Below, in pieces: positions 20,441 through 30,534 of a DNA stretch of 38,735 nucleotides. Each line of letters begins with the position of its first letter. The stretch's first letter is position 1. The notes under the pieces are model-generated. The model saw only the letters and a list, made by a program, of their open reading frames with translations. It was not told the origin of the DNA and searched no databases. The position numbers and the translations under genes are program-made. The stretch is from Trichomonas gallinae (lineage: Eukaryota): the NCBI GenBank assembly GCA_008369845.1, contig MRSU01003158.1:1-38735 (forward strand), in the 5' to 3' direction.

Positions 20441-20800
20441 ATGCCCAAAAGATCTGTGATACGCTTAGCCACGTTCCTGATGCCAGATATGTCCTATATA
20501 GTGAGCGTGGATAAAAAAGGAAATGTATTAGATAGCCAAAGTTTTGTCGATAATCGGACTATGAACATCATTAAAACAAGTCTTGTAATCAAAGCATACA
20601 AGAACAGCGCAAAACCATCAATAAATTGTAAAACTTACAAACCTGACCAGAATGTACAGGTTTCTTCCCCACCAATTGATTCAAATGATATCGAATCAAT
20701 TCCTCTGGATTTGTTTAGTTTCCAAAACGAAATTGATCAATTTAACGAATATGATGATAACTTCGGATGGAAAAGTACATATCGATATTTGATTCAGTAG
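20441..20800 (+). CDS. Small hypothetical protein (119 aa)
   Basis: ATG 20441 is preceded by Inr-like TCATTT at 20429; coding-like composition; no recognisable domain. Confidence 0.6.
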   Translation: MPKRSVIRLATFLMPDMSYIVSVDKKGNVLDSQSFVDNRTMNIIKTSLVIKAYKNSAKPSINCKTYKPDQNVQVSSPPIDSNDIESIPLDLFSFQNEIDQFNEYDDNFGWKSTYRYLIQ

Positions 20801-21535
20801 TTTTGAGGCGAGTGGAAATTGAAACACTGGCCTTGGGATTGCTGAACGAATTTATGATATAGCTTGCTAAAAATAGTCTATTGCGGACTACTTTCATATC
20901 TTGTTTTTTTTTAATAATTAAGCACTCAAGAAAATAATTTTATAACGAATATGAATAGATACCAATAAAACAAATTACAACAATAATGAAGCTTCTTGAC
21001 TGAAATATTGATTAAAATAAAATATTCATAAAAATTAAAAATTCAGCCAAATAATTCAGCAGATTGGCCTGATGCTGCAGTGTGTAATTGTTACTATGGA
21101 GTCAAAAAGATTTAAGTTCATTTTTTTTAATTGGTGACTGATTTTGTTATTCATTAGTTTTGAAGCACCATTGAAAAACACGCTCAATCATTTACGATGA
21201 CGAAGGCAAGTCATATGAATGCGAGATAAATTGCAATAACTATCCCCAAAGGAAAACATTTTTCGCAATTCATCTGAGAGAAAGGTTTTCTCGATTTGGT
21301 TTCATACATATTTAATCACTTATTATATAGAAGCAAACTACGATTTCTCTTTGCTCATTGAACAGTAAAATAGAATTCTCAATATATCGTCATTGAAATT
21401 TCATGGTTCAGTTACATCTAAAATAGAATCTAATACCATACTCAAAAACACAGACAATGAATCAAGCTTTAATTTCATGTTTATCAGCTTTGAACATTTG
21501 AAAAAATCTTAGAATCAAAAAAGAAAAAACGATTC

Positions 21536-21607
21536 AGGGGCAGGCCGGAATCGAACCGACTACCCAGGGATCTGCAATCCCTTGCTCTACCGGTGAGCTA
21601 CTACCCC
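21536..21607 (-). tRNA. tRNA-Cys (anticodon GCA)
   Basis: Minus strand GGGGTAG-TA-GCTC-ACCGGTA-GAGC-A-AGGGA-TTGCAGA-TCCCT-GGGTA-GTCGG-TTCGATT-CCGGC-CTGCCCC-T forms a full cloverleaf with the U73 discriminator typical of Cys and downstream T-runs. Confidence 0.96.
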
Positions 21608-22319
21608 TTTTACAAATATCTACTTTGTGCAACAAATAAGAAATTGAAAAATTAATTTACACTGAGATTATGAATCTCTATATTCGCATTGAATCCTAAC
21701 CAACTTCATGCAGGATTTTTAATTTACGCAATAAAAATGAGTTTAAATCCCTTCATATTCGAATTTTTTTTTTTAATTTTTTTTAACCCATTTTAACCTA
21801 ATCAACTTACATAAATTCAACCTTGCATCAATCTTTTTGCATTGGGTTATGGTTGAAGAATTGCCAATTTTTGTATTTGTTTCTTTTTGATCATAAGATT
21901 GCTCACAAATATTTCCTCGATATGTATGAACCAAATAACGAAATAATCTATATATTTGTAATTTTAATTCATTTGAAGCTATCGGCAGTAATATTCATTA
22001 ATAGAATAAGAGAGATTAATATGTTAATTATGCGCTGCATCAAAAGCCATAATCAGAATCTTGAAAATGAAATAATAGATTAAAATTAAACTATATTGAT
22101 TAAATTCATTTCTCCAATGCCTACAATAAGATATCCAATATAGCCGCGATTAACTTGATCACAAAGAAAAATTTTCTCCTTTTACAGTTTTCAAGCAATA
22201 TTCAAAATTAACAATGATTCTCTTAATATTTAGGACATATAGATGGCATATCTGCTATTCACTGCGTGTTTTTATGAAGATGATCGGGAATATCAACGTA
22301 TTTTATTTAAAATTAAATG

Positions 22320-23353
22320 ATTTTGCATCTAAATTTTGCAAATTATCATACATACGTTGATTACAATCATTCTATAGATATTACATAATTGGGCAGACAT
22401 TTTGAAACACTTTTCAAAAGTGGCTAACAAAAAATAAGGAGTTCGAGAAATTCATATTCACCCGCTATTATATCTGTTCTCAGCTGAAATTCGCAATTCG
22501 CTTCAAACACAAGTCAATATTTAATTCACTACAGAAAAGAAAATTCTGTTCACAAAAAAACATTATATGCGTTTTAATATCGACCGACGAAGAATCCGAG
22601 GACAATGCATCCAAAATAGATGCATTATAAGGAGAATCATGGATAAAAATTTCAATAGACGTATGGGTAAAATCTTGTAGAATTCAAAGGAGATATAAAA
22701 AATTGAAAGTCTCTTAATGGAGCTTTCTCTGGCTTTTAAATCTGCTCTATATGAAGTTCTTCTTGTAATAGAACGAATGATAAACTCTTATAGAGGGCAT
22801 TGATATCAAATATTTAATGATTTGGATCATGAATTCGATAAATGATTAATCATCGCAATTCTCCTTAATAATGCGGACCAAAAAGTACTACAATCAATGA
22901 TATATCATTTTAAATATTGGATAAATACAAATAATGTTCAAATCAGAAAAAAAAATTAAATAATATTCTGAACAAAAAACAAAGTCGAAAGCATTATTAA
23001 TATCATATGTACATATTGATCCATGATACAAAGAATTTTTCGCTAATATTTAGTTTAACCTTGGTGAAAAATTAATTCATTCAAATAATTGAAATTCCAT
23101 GAAGAATAGATTCAAATCAATGTATTCTTCAGTCCTCATTGATGTTAATAACATAATTTTTGAAAAAATTGTAAAAATTTTGGAGATGTTTTTGAGATCT
23201 GGGACAGAAATTTTATATTCCTATGTTAGAAGAACCATATTCCAAAATATCAAGTGCGAAATAGCCTGCAACATAAAATTTAAATTGACAGCATTGATTT
23301 CGGAATGGAATAAGGTTTGGCTAAAACTAAAGATCGATTTAGCCAATTATTAA
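22320..23353 (+). mobile_element. Possible highly decayed hAT-type transposase relic
   Basis: Fragmented frames give, in order: KFCK...T*LGRHF (BED-finger-like), WIKISIDVWVK (first catalytic D-like, GAC 22658), IIAILLNNA (about 70 codons later, second D position), NRFKSMY (TRWNS-like). There are many stops and frameshifts and no TIRs were found. Confidence 0.25.
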
Positions 23354-23694
23354 CTACATGGCTCATTTATTTTTCTCAAAAATATTCAAATATCGAACGA
23401 TTAAACTTTGTTTTTATTTGATATATGTAATAACTCCTTATTAATTTAAGACATTAACGTTCATATACAAATACAAGTTTTTAAAGCCCCAAAATGATCT
23501 ATTTTGCATCTCTGTTGCCAGGATAAGCAGAAGTGTGGACCAATTTTATGGATATATATAATTGAATTGAATAGAATATTTTTGCCAATGAATTTTCTGC
23601 TAAAAATTTTCATAGGTATATTCAAACTTGAACTTTTTTCAATTAATATCGAATAGAGTATTTTACTTATAAAAACAAGAGGAAATATATGGGA

Positions 23695-24093
23695 TCAGTG
23701 ATAGTTGAGTAAGCAGGAGATATCATAAAATGACTTAAAACTATCATCCTTTGCACTACAGGGTGATTTTATATAGGGAGTTCCGAACAATATGGGCTGG
23801 ATAATTTCCCAGTTTTCCGCATACCAACACAATAATGCTTGTCGGTTTCGTCTGGCTAAGCGATCAACTTGAATTCCAATCATTTTTTCCAACTTATCTG
23901 CCCCACTCAGTAAAGTTACAGCTGTAACATTGTGCCCATAGAGTCCTTTCAAGTAATCTGAGACGAGTTCAACTTTTGATCCAAGGCAAGTCCAGCGGTA
24001 TTTGAGCTGCTCGTAGTCCCTCACGCTCTGACTTGTAGTTCGTTTTGAGACCGTAGCTGGCTTAACTTGGATGTGGAAACCAACAGATTGCAT
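23695..24093 (-). CDS. Small basic hypothetical protein (132 aa) of a trichomonad-type family with DRLARRNRQALLCWYAENW motif
   Basis: Intact ATG-initiated ORF with coding-like GC in an AT-rich region. The motif is recalled as typical of an expanded T. vaginalis hypothetical family; function not established. Confidence 0.75.
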   Translation of the reverse strand: MQSVGFHIQVKPATVSKRTTSQSVRDYEQLKYRWTCLGSKVELVSDYLKGLYGHNVTAVTLLSGADKLEKMIGIQVDRLARRNRQALLCWYAENWEIIQPILFGTPYIKSPCSAKDDSFKSFYDISCLLNYH

Positions 24094-25400
24094 ATTTATA
24101 TTTTAATTTTGAGAGACAATTTTTGTTAACTTTACACCTATATAATTATTTGATAAGTCATCAATTTTGAAAAATATATTTAAATCGTTAGGATACCATA
24201 TGATGAATATATATCGACAAGTTATTAATAGTTGGCAATATTTTCTTTGTCAAACAAAATTGTAATTGTTATTGTTTAATATATTCTATGGATTGCAAAA
24301 TCACCGAAATATTTAAAAAATGAGTTTTGTTAACCTTCTCAAAATCCTATTTTTTGTAAATGTTGTTACATTCTGGTTAATAAGATAAAAGCAGAGATGA
24401 AAACTCGGTTTTAGAACCAATTAATTTTCTGAGTACCTCTGTAAATTTGAGAACATTTGAGAAGGAATTGAATTTTTTCTAAATTTATTATGATTAAATT
24501 TACTCCCAAATATGACCCAACTATACATAGATAGTTTTCTATGATTTTCAAACGCAAGTTGAAATTTTTTTCATTTTCTGAACTTCAATTCAATGATGAA
24601 TTGAATTCTCAAATTGCATAGATAACATAATGATTCCTATATAGTATGACATTTCAAAATATTTATTTTTGCAGTTTTATTTCTATCTTCACACTAAGAT
24701 CGATCGGGTTTAAATTCGGAGAAACTATTAGTTTAACATGCATAGAATATGAATTTTTAATTTCCTCATCTTTTCCCATGCTAACAATTTGATATTAATT
24801 TTACATCTCTTGTTGATCTATCAAAAATGCTCAAATCCTCATATTTAGGACTACGGCTATTTATTTTACTTGGTGAGAGAATGTTACAATTATCTTTTGT
24901 TTCTTTCAAATTTCAGGCATATATATATAATCTTATTTCTATGCGGAACACCATCCGCTTTCTACAGGATTGATAAAAACTAATTAATATACTTATGAAA
25001 ACGTTTACATGCAGTCATTTTGAAGATTAGTTTTCAAAATCGATCATTTCTTATTCATATGCATCCTAATCAACGAGTGAAGAATAATGTGTTAATTTTA
25101 ACCTTAGACTATTTTCATACAAATTATTGAAATGTTTCTCGATATATATTTATATAAAATTGTTTAATTATTCTCCATCTACATTTTCTTATTAATTAAC
25201 CGCCATTATTTGGTTGAAAACTGCCTGTATTTATTCAAAAATATTTAAACTTGTAATATAATTATAAAACTACATTTAAAAAGCAATGCCTATGTCCTAT
25301 CGGAGAGTGTTTTGGATCTCTCGTAGCATTAATATTACAAATAAAGTGAATATAATCATCATTTAAACAATACAGGTATTATTCGAAATTCTTGAAGAGC

Positions 25401-25808
25401 TTATGAAATTTCCGATGGTTTTGGCAAAGAAACTTCAGGAACATCTGCATCTTCAGCTTCGTTATCTTCTTCATCAACTTCTTCTTCCAAGTTGATGTAA
25501 TAACCCGCTAAGTGGACAGTTCCAAAACCTCTTACAGACAATTTGCATTGGTTTTCTTCAGTATTTTTGAATTGCAATACTAAATGTTCCCTTCTGTCTG
25601 GAATTAATGTGCCAACAATCATTGGATCACATGGAGTTGCCGTATGAAGCTTTTCAACGATAATTCTGGTTGGCTCATTACGATGTTCTTCAGGGAATGA
25701 AGCCAGGCATGCATTTGATATCATCAAGATTTTGTTTTCTGGTGTACTTACCTCCACAGATTGATCCGGGCCAATAACAGCACGCCAAAACTTTTTCGAT
25801 CCTTCCAT
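25401..25808 (-). CDS. Nucleoplasmin-like (NPL) domain protein with acidic tail, putative histone chaperone
   Basis: N-terminal FWRAVI, ISNACL, VGTL and GFGTVHLAGYY match the NPL fold of FKBP39/HD-tuin type proteins, followed by the acidic tract EEEVDEEDNEAED. Confidence 0.85.
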   Translation of the reverse strand: MEGSKKFWRAVIGPDQSVEVSTPENKILMISNACLASFPEEHRNEPTRIIVEKLHTATPCDPMIVGTLIPDRREHLVLQFKNTEENQCKLSVRGFGTVHLAGYYINLEEEVDEEDNEAEDADVPEVSLPKPSEIS

Positions 25809-26470
25809 TAAAATTAAAAATAGGGTTTGACATTATTAAGCTTGGGAAATTTTACATGTCAAATAATTTTATGCAGCTTCTAACACATTATTCATGCATT
25901 TCCATCAACTTTCTCTTAAATAACCCTCATTTTAAATCTGATTTATACATGGTTATATCACTTAAAACAGGTAATATTGCATATATTAATTTGATTTTAT
26001 TTCAATGAGATGCAATTAATAAATTCGATTTATTCTAATATGTTAAAATATATGCATATTAGAGCATCTATAGGTATGATATCTAAGTGTTAAAAAAGTA
26101 GGAATATAGAGAATTTGAAAAATATCAATTTTTTCTTGGCTACTCAGTGATTATTATAACAGATGCAAGGAAATAAACTTATTTGCGCTGTATTTATTAT
26201 GATTTGCCTGTTATTGGAGACGTTTAGTTTTAAATTTCAGAGAGAAAACAATTATTTATGAAATATTTACATTGGAAATAACTATAGACAAAAAGTACAG
26301 CTCATTGTTAAAGCGCGAAGTGAATATTTTATATTTTTCTTTATTGGACAAAATAATTTTTGTGTTTTTGAGCTAAAATCATTATATATCATTTAGAAAT
26401 GAAGGAAAACGCATAATGAGAGAATTTTAGGAATAATTAAACGTCTCTTACGTTTAAAATTAAAATAAAA

Positions 26471-29400
26471 ATGTTTGATTCTTCCTCAGACAATGAGCAT
26501 GATACTAACACTGCCAGTCAATTAGATACCACGACAGATTCCCAGCTCCTCATGGAAACGAGGAATGAACAATTGCAAGAAGAATTGGCATTAATGACGA
26601 AAAATTACAATAATTTGCGCGCACAGTTCGAACAGGCCGTCAAACTCACACAGAGCGTTGACAAAATCCATAATGAGAATGAGCAACTCAAAGTTCAGAT
26701 CAGAGAATTAGGAAACGAAAAACAAGACTTGATTCACAGATTGGAAATAGCTACACTCGCCCGCGAAGAGATGATGAAAAAGCACAAGGAAGACAAGCAG
26801 GCCAGTGCAGTCCAGAGAGACCAGGATGTTTCTGGAATGCAGAAAGAATTCGAAAAAGTCAAGCAAACATTCAAATCACAGATCGACTCACTTTACAAGC
26901 AGCTCCAGTCTGTTCAACAGTCTAAGGAAAAGGAAGAAGTCGCGCAGAAGACTTTAATTTCGAGAATCGAGAAACTCATCGAGAACTGCAGTGTTTACTT
27001 AGCATGCAAGTTCACCACATTCGAAGAAGTCTGCTCATTCTTCCAAAATCAGGTTCTCAAGGGTGCAACAGTCACAAACCCAGCGAACATTAACCCAGCC
27101 AAGGCTGATCAAGCTGCACAGCAACCATTCTTCAATGCAGTCGAAGAAAAGACACCAGAAATCAGCAACAAGATCAAAGCCCTCAAAGCACAGCTTAAAG
27201 AGCAAATTGCCAAGAACAGAGAACTCGAGGATCAGATTTTAGCGAACACACGCGCTACAAACCAGCTCAACAACAAACACAAGGACGAAATCGACGCTTT
27301 GAACGCTAAAATCGCTCAGATCAACGAAGATAATAATAATGTTCTTAAGGAAAACAAGCGCCAGATCAAGAACCTTGAGACAAAGCTTGCAACCATCAAG
27401 GAATCCAAGAAATCACAGGCAGTTGCCGCTAAGGAAAACGAGAAACCAGTTTCTGCAACTCAGCCACAGCAACATCATCAGCAGCTACAGCCAAGACATG
27501 TTGCATCCCAGCAGAAACCAGTTGAGCAGCCTCAAAGTGCTTCAGCCGCTAAGATCGATCTCGATGCAATCACAGCTCAATACACAAACAGAATCAGCGA
27601 GCTCCAGGGCCAGCTTGACGCTGTTACAAAGAAGTACAACGATGCATTAGAGCTCAACAAAAACTCTGAGCACAAATGCGGAGAATTATTGGTCACTCTC
27701 GATAAGAATGCAAGCGAATTATTGGCATTAAAGAGAGTCCACAACGAGACAGTCTGCGAAATCGAGTCAATCCGCAAGGCTTTGCACGCTAAGGAAGAAA
27801 ACAAGGACAAGAAATCAGAAAGAGAAAGAAGAAAGGAACAACAGAAGCAGAAGGCCGCTGTCATCTGCCTCGAGAAGTCAGTTGAGGCCCTCAAGAAGCA
27901 AATGTTCGACCAACAGTACGAAAAGGAAAGCTTCTTGCAGCAGATTTCCGAGAGAGATTCAACAATCAAGTCTCTCCAGCAAGAAATCAAGGATCTTAAG
28001 AGCTCACACGAGAGAATGCAGGGCGATCTCACTGACGCAACTAACAAGCTCGAGCAGGTCAAGATCCCAACAGAGTCCGAGCTCATTCCAACAGCTGTCT
28101 GGACAGCAGGCGACTTCGAGAATTCTCTCCAGACACAAATCGAAAAAATCGCAGAAACAGATGCTTTGTCAGCTGCCGCAAAGATCCAGCACATCTACAG
28201 GATCATTAACAAGTTCTTCAACAAGAAGATCGACGAGTACAAGAAGTGCTTAGACGAGGCTTACGGTGACTACGATGAAGTTAAGACAACAATGAACGAC
28301 TTCCTTGTTTCTTTGACAATCGCTTTGATGGACAACGCAATCACACTCGAAGAGTTCATCGGCCAGAACCTTGGCGAGAAGGTTGTCGCAGCTGCCTCAC
28401 AGCTTAGATCACAAGTCGTAGAAGAGAAGAGACACGCAGAGATGTTGCAGGCTGTTGTCGACAGATTCAACTCTCACTTCGGATCAAGCGACGACGTCAA
28501 CAAGAAGATCAACATGATCTGCGATGAGATGGAGCACAAGAAGGAGCTCATCCTCAGAAGAACGAAGAAGTGCAAGGCCTACAAGCAGGCACTCAACGAC
28601 GCCGAGCTCAAGATCACAGCTATGGAAAGAGACCACGAATTCCAGATGGAAACTAAGGACATGGCTTTGGCCGACTTAGAGAAAAAGAAGACAACACTTG
28701 AGGCCCAAGTTAAGGCTCTCAAGGACGAAAACAAGGCTCTCAAGGAGAAGCAGGTCGAGATGACAGAAGAGTTGGACAAAGTCAAGTCAGAACTCGAAGA
28801 GAACAAGGAGAACCTCGAAGAAGAAAGAAGATTGCTCGAAGAAACTATCACCAAGAAGCACGAAGACCACAACAACGAGTTGCAGTCAGAATTATCAGCC
28901 GCTTCTCAGAACGCTGCCGAATTATCAGACCAGTGCAACAAGCTCAAGAAGGCCCTCAATGTCCAGAAGCAGCTTTTGGCTGACAGAGAGCAGACAATCG
29001 CTGATCTCAAGGCAAACACAAAGAAGGAATCAGACTCAACAGCAAATAGACACGAACTCGAGAAGAAGCAGATCATCGAGTCCTACGAAAAGGCCGTCAG
29101 AGAGATCACAGCACAATGCGAGGCCCACAGAGGTGATGTTGAGAAGCTCAGCGTTGCACTCGCTACAACAGACAAGAAGCTCAAGCAGGCCCAGGCATCT
29201 ACACTCAAGGCAAAGAGGATGAAAGTCAGAGCTGAAACAGAAATCAAGGCTCTTGAAGAGCAGCTTGATAGAGAGAAGAAGCTCTCACAGTCAGCCCTCA
29301 AGAATGCTGCAATCGCAAACGAGTCAGAGACATCAGAGAAGGTCAACCAAGTCAAGGCAAAGGCTGAGGAAGACAAGAGAAAGCTCATTTCTATCGCAGC

Positions 29401-29587
29401 ACAGGAGTTCTCACAGTTCTTCAACGCTGGAGACCAGATCGACGAGAGAGCATTCAAGACATTGATCGGAAAGGCAAAGGATGAGATCAACAGACTCACG
29501 AAGATGGATTCAGCAATCAGACGTTTAGTTGGTGCTTCTGGAAAGCAGGCAACTGATGACGCTGTTGCTCAAGCTTTAATTAATTAA
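26471..29587 (+). CDS. Long coiled-coil protein (1038 aa), probably cytoskeletal/structural
   Basis: Intact ORF with K/E/Q/L/A-rich heptads throughout and strongly biased codon usage; no globular domain recognised. Confidence 0.9.
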   Translation: MFDSSSDNEHDTNTASQLDTTTDSQLLMETRNEQLQEELALMTKNYNNLRAQFEQAVKLTQSVDKIHNENEQLKVQIRELGNEKQDLIHRLEIATLAREEMMKKHKEDKQASAVQRDQDVSGMQKEFEKVKQTFKSQIDSLYKQLQSVQQSKEKEEVAQKTLISRIEKLIENCSVYLACKFTTFEEVCSFFQNQVLKGATVTNPANINPAKADQAAQQPFFNAVEEKTPEISNKIKALKAQLKEQIAKNRELEDQILANTRATNQLNNKHKDEIDALNAKIAQINEDNNNVLKENKRQIKNLETKLATIKESKKSQAVAAKENEKPVSATQPQQHHQQLQPRHVASQQKPVEQPQSASAAKIDLDAITAQYTNRISELQGQLDAVTKKYNDALELNKNSEHKCGELLVTLDKNASELLALKRVHNETVCEIESIRKALHAKEENKDKKSERERRKEQQKQKAAVICLEKSVEALKKQMFDQQYEKESFLQQISERDSTIKSLQQEIKDLKSSHERMQGDLTDATNKLEQVKIPTESELIPTAVWTAGDFENSLQTQIEKIAETDALSAAAKIQHIYRIINKFFNKKIDEYKKCLDEAYGDYDEVKTTMNDFLVSLTIALMDNAITLEEFIGQNLGEKVVAAASQLRSQVVEEKRHAEMLQAVVDRFNSHFGSSDDVNKKINMICDEMEHKKELILRRTKKCKAYKQALNDAELKITAMERDHEFQMETKDMALADLEKKKTTLEAQVKALKDENKALKEKQVEMTEELDKVKSELEENKENLEEERRLLEETITKKHEDHNNELQSELSAASQNAAELSDQCNKLKKALNVQKQLLADREQTIADLKANTKKESDSTANRHELEKKQIIESYEKAVREITAQCEAHRGDVEKLSVALATTDKKLKQAQASTLKAKRMKVRAETEIKALEEQLDREKKLSQSALKNAAIANESETSEKVNQVKAKAEEDKRKLISIAAQEFSQFFNAGDQIDERAFKTLIGKAKDEINRLTKMDSAIRRLVGASGKQATDDAVAQALIN

Positions 29588-30534
29588 GTTATATTGTGTG
29601 TTTTTGTCTTTTTTTATGTCTTATTTATTAAATTTATTGTATTACGAGAAAAATTCACGTCATTATCTACCAAATATCGAACTGTAGTATTTTGTAGCTC
29701 ATTTATTGTTGAGTATAGTTTATAAATACTTAGAAAAAGTACCACCCCTTCATTAGAATGATGGCCCCTGCTGTCTGCCCTTTTTTCCTATGAGCCCAGT
29801 GATTTTTTTGCATAAGAATTACATGGCAATATTTTATTTACATGTCAAAAATAATAAATCAATGAATTGCTTCTTCCAACAATTGAATTAGACATAAATC
29901 ATGTTTCTCACTAAATATTTGAGTTGAATTTTGTTAACTCGTGGATTTGATCAAATTTGGGTCCAATATGAAACGAGTAACAATGGATAAACAGTATTAA
30001 TAGCTTCTTTGACATAATAAGAATCATTTCTAATAGAAAAATTTCCTCAAAACAAAATATCCACAGGAATTGCAGAATCATTAATTTCTATCAATAATTC
30101 GCAGTTCTAAAAACTACGAACTCGGTGAAACTATTAATGTGATGCTCATATATAAGACAAAGAACTATCTTTACCAACAGAATATTAAAGAACTGATTAA
30201 AATTTTCAAACGCAATACGCATTTATGTATATATATTTCGCTAATAGATACAAATATACATAAATTTGTTATATCTGTGAGCTTTTAGTTAAAAACATAA
30301 GAATAAAATTGATGTTTGATGATATTTCAAAGAATTCAATTCTCCATTCAAAAATAGCCTTTTTGAACTCAAAATAAGACAGTGATATAAGAGTAAAGCG
30401 ACCATTCACTTTAATTTTTTCTCGGAAATCAATTTTCCATAAATATGAGCGAATTTATTAAAATTCCATTCATATGACAATAAAAACACTTTTATTACGA
30501 AATCTGTCAAATATATCAAAAATTTTATAGTAAA

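Noticed and set aside
21040..21300. Coding-like fragments (DWPDAAVCNCYYG; IIYDDEGKSYECEINC) near tRNA-Cys
   Set aside because: Too short and interrupted to assign; possibly a gene relic but unsupported without a search.
27339..29499. Multiple overlapping alternative-frame and antisense ORFs within the coiled-coil gene
   Set aside because: Expected shadow ORFs from biased codon usage; the translations are S/L/R-rich with no domain features.
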